Shown here: piece by piece, positions 46,689-56,054 of the stretch
How the letters are laid out: each line of letters begins with the position of its first letter
How positions within the stretch are numbered: the first letter of the stretch is position 1
DNA from: an uncultured Sulfolobales archaeon
Lineage (GTDB): Archaea; Thermoproteota; Thermoprotei_A; Sulfolobales; NBVN01
DNA length: 64,000 nucleotides
Direction: 5' to 3'
Assembly: GCA_938083005.1 (NCBI GenBank)
Contig: CALKCU010000016.1
Location: forward strand, 4,285-68,284
Program-made: the position numbers and the translations under genes
The notes under the pieces: generated by a model
Seen by the model: only the letters and a program-made list of their open reading frames with translations
Database searches by the model: none
What the model was told of the DNA's origin: nothing

Positions 46689-46974
46689 ATGCCTCCCCGC
46701 CGAGTAGCTGGGCGGGCATTATAAGTGCTGGATGCCGTGTGGAGCCGGATGGCGAGCTCGCCGCGTATGTATAGCGACGGCAGTCCTCCTCCTCCGTTTC
46801 TAGTTCCCCGTAGACGCTTGACTGCCGCTTCGCGGAGAACTGCCACCGAGCTCCTCGCGTTTCCCGAAAGAGATGGGAGGTAAAACGCGCATGAGACCCT
46901 CGCTCCTACAGGGGATGGGGTGAGCAGATAAGTATATTAAGCCGGGAGGGCCCCGTTGGGAATGAGATGAAACA

Positions 46975-47550
46975 GTGGTACCCGAGCCCTTCGTGCTGTA
47001 CGTAAGCAAAAGGTTTATCGATAGGGCCTGCAAAGCCTTCGGCCTTGGGACCATCATCGCCGCGGCAGCCAGGAAGCCGCTAACTGAGATGCTCAAGAGG
47101 ATGAACGTTCAATTGGAGGAGCTCGATAGAGACAGAGCCAGGGAGGTTCTCAGCAAGCTCGGAGAGTCTAAGGGCATAACCGTCAGCGTCGGTCAGCTCG
47201 TAAAGAACTTGACCCTCGCGTTACTCGCGCCGACGACTCTCCTCTACGCGATGGCGAAGAAGATTATATACAGGTCCGGGGTTGAGACTGAGGACAGCGT
47301 TATGCTAGAGTTCTACGTGGAAATACCGAGAGCGTTTAGGCCCTCCCTAATCTACTACATGTGGCTAGTCGTGCCGAAGACTGAAGCTGGGGAAGAGAGG
47401 TCGAGGAAGCTGGTTAAGACTATAGCAGAGAGAGCGGGGACCGCGCCCCTGACGGATGGGGAGTGGGAAGCGCTCCGGCCCATAATAGAAAAACTGAGGG
47501 AGCAGCTAGAGGTAAGGGGTCTAGCCGAGAACCTCTGGAAAGCGATCTGA
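46975..47550 (+). CDS. hypothetical protein (191 aa)
   Basis: ORF only. No motif recognised. Confidence 0.5.
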   Translation: MVPEPFVLYVSKRFIDRACKAFGLGTIIAAAARKPLTEMLKRMNVQLEELDRDRAREVLSKLGESKGITVSVGQLVKNLTLALLAPTTLLYAMAKKIIYRSGVETEDSVMLEFYVEIPRAFRPSLIYYMWLVVPKTEAGEERSRKLVKTIAERAGTAPLTDGEWEALRPIIEKLREQLEVRGLAENLWKAI

Positions 47551-47912
47551 ACACTGCGCGATAGCCCTCAAAAGCCAGACCTCTTTGAGCTCTGCTCTCG
47601 TGGCGGCGGAGCATTTAAGTCCCGTCGCCCTTCACCATGCTCGCCTAAGTTCTCCGCGAAACCTTACGTCTCTTCTCTCCGAGCCGGCTCTCCCGGGTGA
47701 GCGCAGACAGGTTAAGGCCTCCGAATTCGCTCGGCCCCCGCCAAGTTCGCGAGAAGGTCTGCTCCCCGAATAAGCCGCTCACCAAGCCGTCTCCAGGCAC
47801 GAGAGCGCGAGTGGTCTCCAAGATCTCTACCACCAAGGAGGCACGTCCCATCTAGTCCCCTTCCACTGCAGCCGAGAAATCTTTATCCGCACTTTAAGGG
47901 CGCGCTCAAGAG

Positions 47913-48002
47913 TGGGCCCGCGGGGATTCGAACCCCGGACCGCCCGGTGTCCCATGGCGATCAATATGAGCCGGGCGCTCTGCCTGGCTGAGCTACGGGC
48001 CC
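47913..48002 (-). tRNA. tRNA with CAT anticodon (elongator Met or Ile2) with 16-nt canonical intron
   Basis: Minus strand: GGGCCCG TA GCTC AGCCAGGCA GAGC G CCCGG CTCATA [ttgatcgccatgggac] A CCGGG CGGTC CGGGG TTCGAAT CCCCG CGGGCCC A. Intron at 47949-47964 (plus coordinates) forms a bulge-helix-bulge (CUCA:UGGG). Not initiator-like. Confidence 0.9.
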
Positions 48003-48074
48003 CCGAGAGCGTTTCTAACCTAGTTTTTAAGCGTTAGGTTAAAGCTTATTTCGCTTCTTAGCCGAGAGTCCTCC

Positions 48075-48148
48075 GGGCCGGTAGCTCAGCCTGGAAGAGC
48101 GCTCGGTTTGCACCCGAGAGGTCCCGGGTTCAAGTCCCGGCCGGTCCA
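48075..48148 (+). tRNA. tRNA-Ala (anticodon TGC)
   Basis: Acceptor GGGCCGG/CCGGTCC gives the G3:U70 identity pair. Anticodon arm CTCGG-TTTGCAC-CCGAG. CCA encoded at 48149-48151. Confidence 0.9.
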
Positions 48149-48662
48149 CCACCAGCATCCTCTAGGCGGCGTTATCCCGGTCAGCGATATCCATGCCGCG
48201 CGGTCGCCAGCTATCGATGAGACGCGGAGCCTCAGCGAGTCCGTCACCGCCGAATCCTCGCCCCCGAGCGCGCCGGGCACACTCACCGCAGCGCGCATCG
48301 CCAAAGCTCGATGAACGCACGCGGACGCCGTAGACTCGCGGGGGACTGGGTTTTGAGAGACCGCTTCCGCCCGAGCAAAGGGTCCAGCACATAAGCGAGC
48401 GGCTAGGACTCCGCATACCGAGCGCGCTGGGCCTCCGGGTAGGGCGGGGAGAGGGTCGAGCGTTACGCGAGCAGCGCCTGGAGCCGAAACGGTCGCGCGG
48501 AGGAGGGCCCGGCCTCCGCGTCCAAAATAGTTGGGCCATCCGCGCGAGGTCCAGCAGTGAACGGTGCGGCCTCGCCCGGGGCCTCAGTTTAGCGCGAGGA
48601 CCGTGGAGTCGAGTACCTCTACTTTATACGCCGTCCAGGCTGCGCTCACGGGGTGGTAACGC

Positions 48663-48991
48663 GTGGGTCGCGGTCTCGGGATAGCTGTTCTCGCCGGCTC
48701 TATGGTAATGCTGATCCTCGGCTGGCTCCCGATAATCGGCCCCCTCCTCACCGGACTAGCCGCCGGGGCCCTAGCGAAGAGCGCGGGCAGAGGCGCTCTA
48801 GCGGGGTTTTGGCCGGAGTACTGGGTGGCGCCGTACTAGCTATGTTCGCAGTGCTGCTGGGAGTGACACTCCTCGGGCCTCGCGGCGCGCTCCTCGGCGT
48901 CCTCATGGGTCTGGGTCTGATCACGTGGTACCTAGGCGGTGCCGTCATCGCTCTCGTGGGCGGTCTGATAGGCGGTGCCCTGACCGAGTAG
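48663..48991 (+). pseudogene. glycine-zipper small membrane protein split by a 1-nt frameshift
   Basis: Frame A from GTG 48663 (TATA ctttatacg about 33 nt upstream) reads VGRGLGIAVLAGSMVMLILGWLPIIGPLLTGLAAGALAKSAGRGALAG and stops at 48839. Frame B continues VLAGVLGGAVLAMFAVLLGV...LIGGALTE to 48991. The switch falls in the GGGGTTTT run at 48803-48810. Confidence 0.4.
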
Positions 48992-49171
48992 CCCGCATCG
49001 TAACCTCGCGGCTATGCTCTTTTACATCTCCCACCCACTCGTCTAGAGGCGCGGGTTTCGCGACCCGAGGGTGAGCGTCATCGTCGTCGATCAAAGCCTC
49101 CTCACGGGGGTCCGAACTCTCTAGAACGTCTTCGGGAACCCCGCTCATGGCCTTAGAACGCCCCCGGCGCG

Positions 49172-50452
49172 ATGCTCGGAGGCTCCATGCGAATCGAGCA
49201 GCCCAGACCTGCCTTGCGCTCGGGACCGGTGGGGAGGGTTTGTGGACAGCCGGCGATCGCACTACCATCGGAACGCGAGCGCATGTACGTTGCGGCGCCG
49301 GAGCCCCCGGAGCCTTCACTCAAGCCGACGGTCCTACACGCTCCACGCACAAGCGTTTCTAGGAACGTGGTCCATTCAACCAGGTTTTTAAGGCTGTTTT
49401 ATGCAATAAAACCTAGGGGAAGGAGTCTGAGTAGCCTGGGGATCGCGCTGCTAGTACTACTGATCACCGTGGTGCTACCGTGCTCCGTTGCGCACGCGGG
49501 TTTGAGAGAGCTCGTCGTAGCCGTTACGCATCCCTCGCTCGCCGCCGTAGTAAAAGCCGTCGGTGGCGAGAGGGTCCGGGTAGTGGTGCTGATACCTCAG
49601 GGTGTAGACCCGCATCACTACGAGCCCTCCCCTGCGGAGCTCCTCGACCTTCTGAGGGACGCCAGGGTAGTGGTGATGACGGGTCCCTCGCACCTACCGA
49701 TAGAGGAGAGGATCGAGGAGCTCTACGAGTCTGGGCTCTACGGCTGGGTCTTGCTGACCTACCGAGACTACTCCGGGGAGGGGCTGGAGCTCCTGGAGAT
49801 CCCTTCGACGGGGAGGGTCAACCCCCACGAGTACTCCCTGTCCCTCCGGGGACTGAAGTCCATCGCGCGGTCGCTATACAAGGCCCTGGCCGGAGTTGAT
49901 CCCGAGGGCGCTGACTACTACGAGCAGAGACTCCGAGAGTACCTGGGCTACCTCGATAGGCTCTCCGGGATCGCGGATAGCGCCAGGAGGAGGCTTGGAG
50001 CTGTCCGCATAGGCCTGCTAACGCCGCTGCTCCAGTACGCTATCGCAGACGCGGGTCTGGAGCTCGGGTACGTTGTGGTGGTCGAGCACGGGCTCCCGGT
50101 CGAGATCAAGCAGGTCCTCGACACCGTGGAGGCTTACGGGAGGTCCTACGATGTCCTAGTAGTGTCCGATATAGAGCTAGCCGAGTACCGCGGGATGGTC
50201 GAGGAGCTCGCCAGGCGCGGTATTAGAGTCGTCGCGGTCCCCGTCTCTCCTCTAATCCAGGAGTCCCCGGAGCTGGTGCCCCTAGTAGTATCCCTAAGCC
50301 TGCTCGCTCCGCAGCTCGAGGCGGAGCGCGGAACCGGGCAGAGCCCCTCTCCCTACCCCTACGTGACAGCGGCGCTGCTTATCATGCTGACTCTGGCCAT
50401 ACTCCTGGTCTTCGCGCTCAGGGCGAGAAGCCGTGGAGCCGCGGGAGGGTAG
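49172..50452 (+). CDS. ZnuA/TroA-family metal ABC substrate-binding protein
   Basis: VAVTHPSLAAVVKAVGGERVRVVVLIPQGVDPHHYEPSPAEL matches cluster-9 SBPs, with a C-terminal TM anchor. The track start is probably too far upstream. GTG at 49367 gives a basic n-region plus TM (RSLSSLGIALLVLLITVVLPCSVAHA). Confidence 0.8.
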   Translation: MLGGSMRIEQPRPALRSGPVGRVCGQPAIALPSERERMYVAAPEPPEPSLKPTVLHAPRTSVSRNVVHSTRFLRLFYAIKPRGRSLSSLGIALLVLLITVVLPCSVAHAGLRELVVAVTHPSLAAVVKAVGGERVRVVVLIPQGVDPHHYEPSPAELLDLLRDARVVVMTGPSHLPIEERIEELYESGLYGWVLLTYRDYSGEGLELLEIPSTGRVNPHEYSLSLRGLKSIARSLYKALAGVDPEGADYYEQRLREYLGYLDRLSGIADSARRRLGAVRIGLLTPLLQYAIADAGLELGYVVVVEHGLPVEIKQVLDTVEAYGRSYDVLVVSDIELAEYRGMVEELARRGIRVVAVPVSPLIQESPELVPLVVSLSLLAPQLEAERGTGQSPSPYPYVTAALLIMLTLAILLVFALRARSRGAAGG

Positions 50453-51218
50453 GGTGGAGGTGGTCGACGTTCACGCTGCCTACAACGGGTACTACGCCGT
50501 CGAAGCCGCGACTCTAGAGCTCCGCTCCCCGTTCTACGCACTCCTGCTAGGGCCCAACGGGGCCGGTAAGACTACGCTGATCAAGGTGTTGGTGGGTCTC
50601 CTGAGACCAGCCCGGGGCTATGTGAGAGTGTACGGCGTCGACCCGTTCTCCGATAGAGCCTCTCTCTCGAAGCTCGTCGGATACATGCCTCAGCCGGGGA
50701 CCAGTAGGCCTAGCCCGTTCGTCAAGGTGAGGGAGCTGGTGGCCATGGGTTATCTGTCTACTAGGCGTCCTCCCAGGTATATAGATAGTGAAACGGAGAG
50801 GCTGGTTCTGGAGTCTCTCAAGACCATGGGTATAGAGGACCTCGCCGACAGGCGCCTGAGCGACCTTAGCGGAGGCGAGCTGCAGAGAGCCGTCATCGCG
50901 AGTATCATAGCCAGGAGACCCAGGCTGCTCGTCCTCGACGAGCCCCTGGCTCCGCTGGACTTCAGCGCAAAGTGCGAGTTCGCGGAGCTCCTCCTAAGGC
51001 TCCACGAGCGCCTGGGGGTCGACGTGATAATGAGCACACACGAGCTGACCCTATGCATGTACTCGGAGCCCGTGGTCATTCTGATCAACAGGAGAGTGAT
51101 AGCGTACGGGCCTGCTAGAGATGTGCTGACCCCGGAGAACCTGAAGAGAGCCTATCCCGATGCCGTGAGGATCGGTGGCCTGACCATCCTCGCCGAAAGC
51201 CATGCCGTACGCGGGTGA
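50433..51218 (+). CDS. metal ABC transporter ATP-binding protein
   Basis: Walker A GPNGAGKTT, signature LSGGELQR, Walker B LLVLDEP. Confidence 0.9.
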   Translation: MEPREGRVEVVDVHAAYNGYYAVEAATLELRSPFYALLLGPNGAGKTTLIKVLVGLLRPARGYVRVYGVDPFSDRASLSKLVGYMPQPGTSRPSPFVKVRELVAMGYLSTRRPPRYIDSETERLVLESLKTMGIEDLADRRLSDLSGGELQRAVIASIIARRPRLLVLDEPLAPLDFSAKCEFAELLLRLHERLGVDVIMSTHELTLCMYSEPVVILINRRVIAYGPARDVLTPENLKRAYPDAVRIGGLTILAESHAVRG

Positions 51219-51227
51219 CACTCCGGA

Positions 51228-52043
51228 GTGGTGGCCGAACCGGTAGTCCTGAGGGGTCTGATCGCTATCCTGCTCGCGGGTCCCGTGTTCAGCTCGATGA
51301 GCTACATGCTCACGGTCTCCCAAACCCTGATGTTCGCGATAGAGATCGCGCACTCGCTAATGGCTGGAGCGCTACTGGGAGCTCTCCTCGAGGAGGTAGT
51401 GCGGATAGTCCCCATGGAGGCGACAGTATTCCTCTACTCGATGACGGTCTCAGCCCTCGTCGCCGAGCTCGTCCGCAAGAGGGTACCTAGGGACACCGTC
51501 CTAGCTTTAGTGGCCTCGTTCTCGGCGGTCGTGACCGTGGCTTCGCTGTGGGGGCTCGTCTATACCACGCCCCTCGGGGTCTCTAAAGCCCTGGGAGCCC
51601 TGTGGGGGACCGTGCTCCTGGTGAAGCCTGTGGACCTAGTCTATATGGCCGCGGTTGCTTTGGTGGTGGTGTTGGTGGTAACCCTCTTCGACCTGGAGCT
51701 AAAGTACATAAGCTTCGACCCGGAGCTAGCAGCCGTTTCGGGACTCAACGTAAGGGCGTACTACTACCTCGTTTACGCCGTCGCGTCCCTGGCTCTCTCC
51801 GTGACCGTCAAGGTCTACGGAATCGTCCTGGTAAGCGTGCTAACCGTGGCACCGAGTATCGCCTCGCAGTACCTCCTCAGGAGGATCAGCCTGCCGGTCT
51901 TTCTCTTACTAGGGCTGGCGGTATCTGTTCCCGGGTACGCTATATCTCTAGCTTTCAACGTTCAAACGTCGCTCTGCATAGGGCTTATAAGCCTGGGCGT
52001 AATCGCCTTCGGCGCTGCGATGAGGTGGCTTTATGGGCGATGA
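51228..52043 (+). CDS. metal ABC transporter permease (ABC-3 family)
   Basis: 271 aa multi-TM protein in the operon after the ATPase. Confidence 0.85.
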   Translation: MVAEPVVLRGLIAILLAGPVFSSMSYMLTVSQTLMFAIEIAHSLMAGALLGALLEEVVRIVPMEATVFLYSMTVSALVAELVRKRVPRDTVLALVASFSAVVTVASLWGLVYTTPLGVSKALGALWGTVLLVKPVDLVYMAAVALVVVLVVTLFDLELKYISFDPELAAVSGLNVRAYYYLVYAVASLALSVTVKVYGIVLVSVLTVAPSIASQYLLRRISLPVFLLLGLAVSVPGYAISLAFNVQTSLCIGLISLGVIAFGAAMRWLYGR

Positions 52044-52491
52044 GCTGACCCCGGAGCTGGCTGACTACCTGGTCGTGGTAACGCACCTGACCGCGAAGCG
52101 CGGTGGTACGTGCTGCGTGAAGCTGTTCGAGGTCTCGGAGTTCCTCGGCGTGGCGAAGCCCACGGCCTCCATAATGTTGGGGAAGCTCCTCCGCATGGGA
52201 CTGATAACGAAGAGTAGGGAGGGTGTGGGTCTGAGCCGGCGCGGGCTCGACGTCGTCAACGCGATCATCAGAAAGCACGAGATCTTAGAGACCGCGCTCC
52301 TGCGGTACGGGCTCAACCACGAGAGAGCGTGTGAGATAGCCAGGAAGCTCGAGGTGGTCCTAGAGGAGGAAGACGTATCAACTATCGAGGAGAGCCTCGG
52401 TAAGCCTAGGGAGGCTTGCGGTAGTCCCCTGTGTCGACTCGAGTCCGCGTTGAGGGTCCGGGGCGTCAGCACTCCCCCCTCTCGAGGGTAG
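52033..52491 (+). CDS. DtxR/MntR-family metal-dependent transcriptional regulator
   Basis: wHTH (VSEFLGVAKPTASIMLGKLLRMGLI) followed by a dimerisation/metal domain (IRKHEILETALLRYGL). Overlaps the permease stop. Confidence 0.85.
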   Translation: MGDELTPELADYLVVVTHLTAKRGGTCCVKLFEVSEFLGVAKPTASIMLGKLLRMGLITKSREGVGLSRRGLDVVNAIIRKHEILETALLRYGLNHERACEIARKLEVVLEEEDVSTIEESLGKPREACGSPLCRLESALRVRGVSTPPSRG

Positions 52492-52593
52492 CACTCCATT
52501 CCGTCGAACCCGGGACTCCGGTGGGGGGACCCGCGAGCGGATCCCCGCGCTTGATTCCAGGATCTATTTTCGGCTCACACTAGAGGACTCTCG

Positions 52594-54003
52594 GTGGCGG
52601 GAGTGAACGTTAAGATAGTAGCGTCTCTGGGTCCCGCGTCTAGCAGCAGCGATGTAGTGAGCAAGATGGTGTCCCTGGGAGTGAGCGGGTTCAGGATCAA
52701 CTTCGCGCACGGAGACGCGAGCGTGTGGTCGGAGTATGTCGGGATGGTCAGAAGGGTAGAGCCCGGCAGCGGACAGTACATAGCCCTAATCGGGGACCTA
52801 ATGGGTTCCTCGCTTAGGCTGGGCAAGCTAGAGGAGAGCGTGGCCGTCAGAAAGGGGTCCCTGGTTAGGTTCTCCCTGACCGCGGTACCCAGCCCGGAGG
52901 GGGAGCCCGTGAGGGTGCCCGTGGACGTTCCTAGAAAGGTCGTCGAGGAGCTTTCGGAGGGCGACGTCATACTCATGAGCGACGGGAGAGCGTCCTTCAG
53001 AGTGACCGAGGTTGGCGACGACTACTTCGACGCGGTGGCTCAGACGGACTCCGTGCTATCGTCTAGGAAAGCCTTCGTCGTGAAGGGGAGGGAGTTCGAT
53101 CTACCGATCCTCGGCAGGAAGGACTTCGACGACCTGAAGTTCGCGTGCTCTGAGGGCTTCGAGTACGTCGGGCTTAGCTACGTCAGGACCCCCGACGACG
53201 TCCGGTACGTCAGGAAGATCATCGAGAGGCTGAACTGCGGAGCGGGTATCCTAGCAAAGATAGAGACCCCCAGCGCTGTGAAGAACCTCGACTCCATAGT
53301 AGAGGAGTCCGATGGGGTCGTGGTAGCGCGCGGGGACCTCGGTATGAGCCTGGGTCTCGAGGAGATACCACTGCTGCAGAAGGCTATAATCAGGAAGAGC
53401 AGGGAACACGGGAAGCCCGTGATAGTCGCTACACAGCTCCTGGAGTCCATGCTCGAGAGCCCGGTCCCCACGAGGGCCGAGGTTGTCGACGTCTACGAGG
53501 CTGTTCAGAGCGGTGTCGACGCGCTAATGGTGACCGGTGAGACGGCCGTCGGCAAGTACCCGGTCGAGGTGGTGAAGTGGTTGAGCAAGATAATAAGGGC
53601 AGCGGAGGCGGGCCTAGCTCTGCCCCGGGAGGTATACGCAGCCGACCTCCGGGCCAAGTTCGTAAGGGGGGTCGTAGAGCTCGCGGAGGAGCTCGGTGCA
53701 GCCATAGCTATCTACAGCATGAGGGGGACCACTGCGAAGAGAGCCTCCATCGCGAGGCCGAGGGTACCAGTTTACGTGGGCGTGCCGAGACCCGAGGTCG
53801 CCAGGAAGCTCTCGATAATGTGGGGGCTTAGCGTGTACGTGGTCGAAGCTGAGTCCTACCCGGAGGGCCTGGAGAAGCTCTACCAGGTCCTGGTGTCCGG
53901 CGGTAAGCTCAAGGCCGGAGACATAGTCGTCCTGGTCTACGGTCTAGTCGAGGAGTACGAGGAGGTGATCAAGATAAGGAGGGTCCCTCCGCAGCTCCAG
54001 TAG
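52594..54003 (+). CDS. pyk: pyruvate kinase
   Basis: KIVASLGPAS, FRINFAHG, ILAKIETPSAV, VVARGDLGMSLG and ATQLLESM motifs. Confidence 0.9.
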   Translation: MAGVNVKIVASLGPASSSSDVVSKMVSLGVSGFRINFAHGDASVWSEYVGMVRRVEPGSGQYIALIGDLMGSSLRLGKLEESVAVRKGSLVRFSLTAVPSPEGEPVRVPVDVPRKVVEELSEGDVILMSDGRASFRVTEVGDDYFDAVAQTDSVLSSRKAFVVKGREFDLPILGRKDFDDLKFACSEGFEYVGLSYVRTPDDVRYVRKIIERLNCGAGILAKIETPSAVKNLDSIVEESDGVVVARGDLGMSLGLEEIPLLQKAIIRKSREHGKPVIVATQLLESMLESPVPTRAEVVDVYEAVQSGVDALMVTGETAVGKYPVEVVKWLSKIIRAAEAGLALPREVYAADLRAKFVRGVVELAEELGAAIAIYSMRGTTAKRASIARPRVPVYVGVPRPEVARKLSIMWGLSVYVVEAESYPEGLEKLYQVLVSGGKLKAGDIVVLVYGLVEEYEEVIKIRRVPPQLQ

Positions 54004-54084
54004 GATGGTCGGTCCGCTCGGTGCCTATCTAGAGGTAGAGCTGCGGAGGACCTTGAGATTCTCGAGTCTTGTATCGAGCTTATT

Positions 54085-54840
54085 TTGAGGGACGTGGACG
54101 CTGTACGGAGGCGCTCGTTGAGCCGGAGGCAGAGGAAGCAGGTCGGCAAGCAGGTGGTCAAGAAGAGGTACAAGAGAGTAAGGTACGACCTGGTCGTCCT
54201 GGGCTCGATCCTCGTCATCGCTGGACTCCTGACTTACGGTATCGTCGCGAACGTCGCGACCGGAACGCAGCCCTCCGGGAGCGCCGAGGCTGGGGAAAAC
54301 CCTCTCGAGGTCCTTAGGCTCCTCGCTAGCGCGGAGAACCTCAAGAACGAGTCGGTAATCCTGGTCTACAGGATCAGGGGGGACCTCCCCGCGGACTCCT
54401 ACACTCTGGGGACGCTCGACTACGTCACCGCCTACGTAGCCAAGGAGGTCACCACGCTGAACGGTACGAGCAGGATCGCGTTCGCGCTGTTCACTCGCGC
54501 GATCCAGGGACCTCTCTACCTGGTAACCGAGGTGCTCGGCCTCGGGTTTAGAGCCGAGAACATCGCTGATCTGTTCTTCAACCCTGAGATCAGGACCACG
54601 TGGATCAACGCAACGGTGGAGGACCTAGGCGAGAGGGTGGTGGACGTGGGCCCGCTGGGCAGCGTGAGGGTCTCCTCCCAAGTTTACAGGTTCTACAAGG
54701 TAATCAACAACAGGGTTAGGTACATCGAAGTGGAGGCCTTGAGGTGCGTAGACGCGGGCTACATCCCGGTGAGAGTGGAAGCCGGTGTGGACGGTAATAG
54801 GTTCGTGATGGAGCTGGTCAGCGTCAGGAGGGTGGGCTAG
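54085..54840 (+). CDS. hypothetical N-terminally anchored protein (251 aa)
   Basis: Highly basic N-terminus, then one TM helix (LVVLGSILVIAGLLTYGIV), then an extracellular-looking domain. Confidence 0.55.
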   Translation: MRDVDAVRRRSLSRRQRKQVGKQVVKKRYKRVRYDLVVLGSILVIAGLLTYGIVANVATGTQPSGSAEAGENPLEVLRLLASAENLKNESVILVYRIRGDLPADSYTLGTLDYVTAYVAKEVTTLNGTSRIAFALFTRAIQGPLYLVTEVLGLGFRAENIADLFFNPEIRTTWINATVEDLGERVVDVGPLGSVRVSSQVYRFYKVINNRVRYIEVEALRCVDAGYIPVRVEAGVDGNRFVMELVSVRRVG

Positions 54841-54847
54841 GACGAGG

Positions 54848-55693
54848 GTGGGCCGGCAGAGCTTCGGTACGAGCGACGCCCTAAGCGAGAGGGTCCGGGA
54901 GGTCCTCAAGCGCATTAAGTACAAGGTCGCGGTGGTAAGCGGGAAGGGGGGTGTGGGGAAGTCCCTGGTCTCCTCCTACACCGCCGTGGCTCTCGCGAGG
55001 AGGGGTCTCAGGGTCGGTCTACTGGACGTAGACTTCCACGGACCCTCCTCCCACATCTTCCTGGGCCTCAGGAACGCGCGGCCTAGAGCGACCCTCGAGT
55101 GGATAGAGCCCGTCGAGGGCCCCCTCGGGATAAGGGTGATGTCCGTAGCCTTCCTGACTCCGGAGGAGGACACCCCGGTGATATGGCGGGGACCCCTGAA
55201 GTCCTCGGCGATAGTGGAGCTGCTGACCAAGGTGAACTGGGGAGACCTGGACTTCATGATCGTGGACCTGCCCCCGGGAACCGGGGACGAGGCCCTGACG
55301 CTGGCGCAGGTGGTGAGAGACGTGGACGGCTCCATAGTCGTAGCGATGCCTTCCACCGTGGTCAAGAGCGTAGTGTCTAGGGCCATAAACTTCGTGAAGT
55401 ACGTGGGTTTGAGACCCATAGGGCTTGTCGAGAACATGAGCTTCTTCTACTGCCCCGACAGCGGCCGCAGGTACGAGATCTTCGGCGAGTCCGCGGTCGA
55501 GGAGCTCTCGGCGAAGTACGGGATACCCGTGATAGCTAGGATCCCGGTGGACCCCCGGCTCTCGGAGTACGTGGAGACCGGGAGGGTACTGATACTCGAG
55601 GAGCCCGACTCCCCACTGTCGAGGTCGTTCGAGGAGATAGCGAGTAGGCTGTTAGCCGAGCTGGAGAGGGTCCAGTCGGGAGCCGGACGCTAG
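54848..55693 (+). CDS. Mrp/NBP35-family Fe-S cluster carrier ATPase
   Basis: KVAVVSGKGGVGKS deviant Walker A, DLPPGTGDE and a CP motif (FYCPDSG). Confidence 0.9.
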   Translation: MGRQSFGTSDALSERVREVLKRIKYKVAVVSGKGGVGKSLVSSYTAVALARRGLRVGLLDVDFHGPSSHIFLGLRNARPRATLEWIEPVEGPLGIRVMSVAFLTPEEDTPVIWRGPLKSSAIVELLTKVNWGDLDFMIVDLPPGTGDEALTLAQVVRDVDGSIVVAMPSTVVKSVVSRAINFVKYVGLRPIGLVENMSFFYCPDSGRRYEIFGESAVEELSAKYGIPVIARIPVDPRLSEYVETGRVLILEEPDSPLSRSFEEIASRLLAELERVQSGAGR

Positions 55694-55798
55694 GACCTCG
55701 CGGAGCTCGCTGTTAGCACGTAGGCAGCTACACGAGGTCTACCCCTCAGTTTCCTGTCCATCCCACTCTCCTCCCACCAGAGCAAGCCTTCGACCCAG

Positions 55799-55820
55799 AC
55801 CCCTCTATTTCCAGTGCAGA
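55799..55820 (-). promoter_or_regulatory. ORB-like (Orc1/Cdc6 origin recognition box-like) element
   Basis: Minus strand reads TCTGCACTGGAAATAGAGGGGT (xxCAnnGGAAA-N4-GGGGT). Inverted relative to the element at 56005-56026. Confidence 0.45.
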
Positions 55821-56004
55821 TGAGCGGGCCCTAGTAGGGTGGGGCAACTGCGCTCCCTAAACTCTAGGTTAGAGCTTTTGGGCTAGAAACTATGAAGAGA
55901 TAGAAAATTCTTTATACAAACCTTTTTTAACAATAGTCTCTCTAAAGGAAATGAGACTTTTTAGTATTGTTGAGGAAACTTTCGCAGCAGTAGGGGTCCA
56001 CCCA

Positions 56005-56026
56005 TGTCCAGCGGAAAAGGTGGGGT
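56005..56026 (+). promoter_or_regulatory. ORB-like (Orc1/Cdc6 origin recognition box-like) element
   Basis: TGTCCAGCGGAAAAGGTGGGGT fits TCCA-NN-GGAAA-N4-GGGGT. Lies on the other side of the AT-rich stretch at 55861-55980. Confidence 0.45.
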
Positions 56027-56054
56027 GTCCCTCTAAAGTTCGGTTCGGCGACCC

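Noticed and set aside
48801-48812. Programmed -1 ribosomal frameshift site at gcg ggg ttt tgg.
   Set aside because: The zero-frame sequence does not fit the X XXY YYZ slippery heptamer, and I see no downstream pseudoknot or hairpin. A homopolymer indel or pseudogene is the simpler explanation, so I kept it only as an alternative in the finding.
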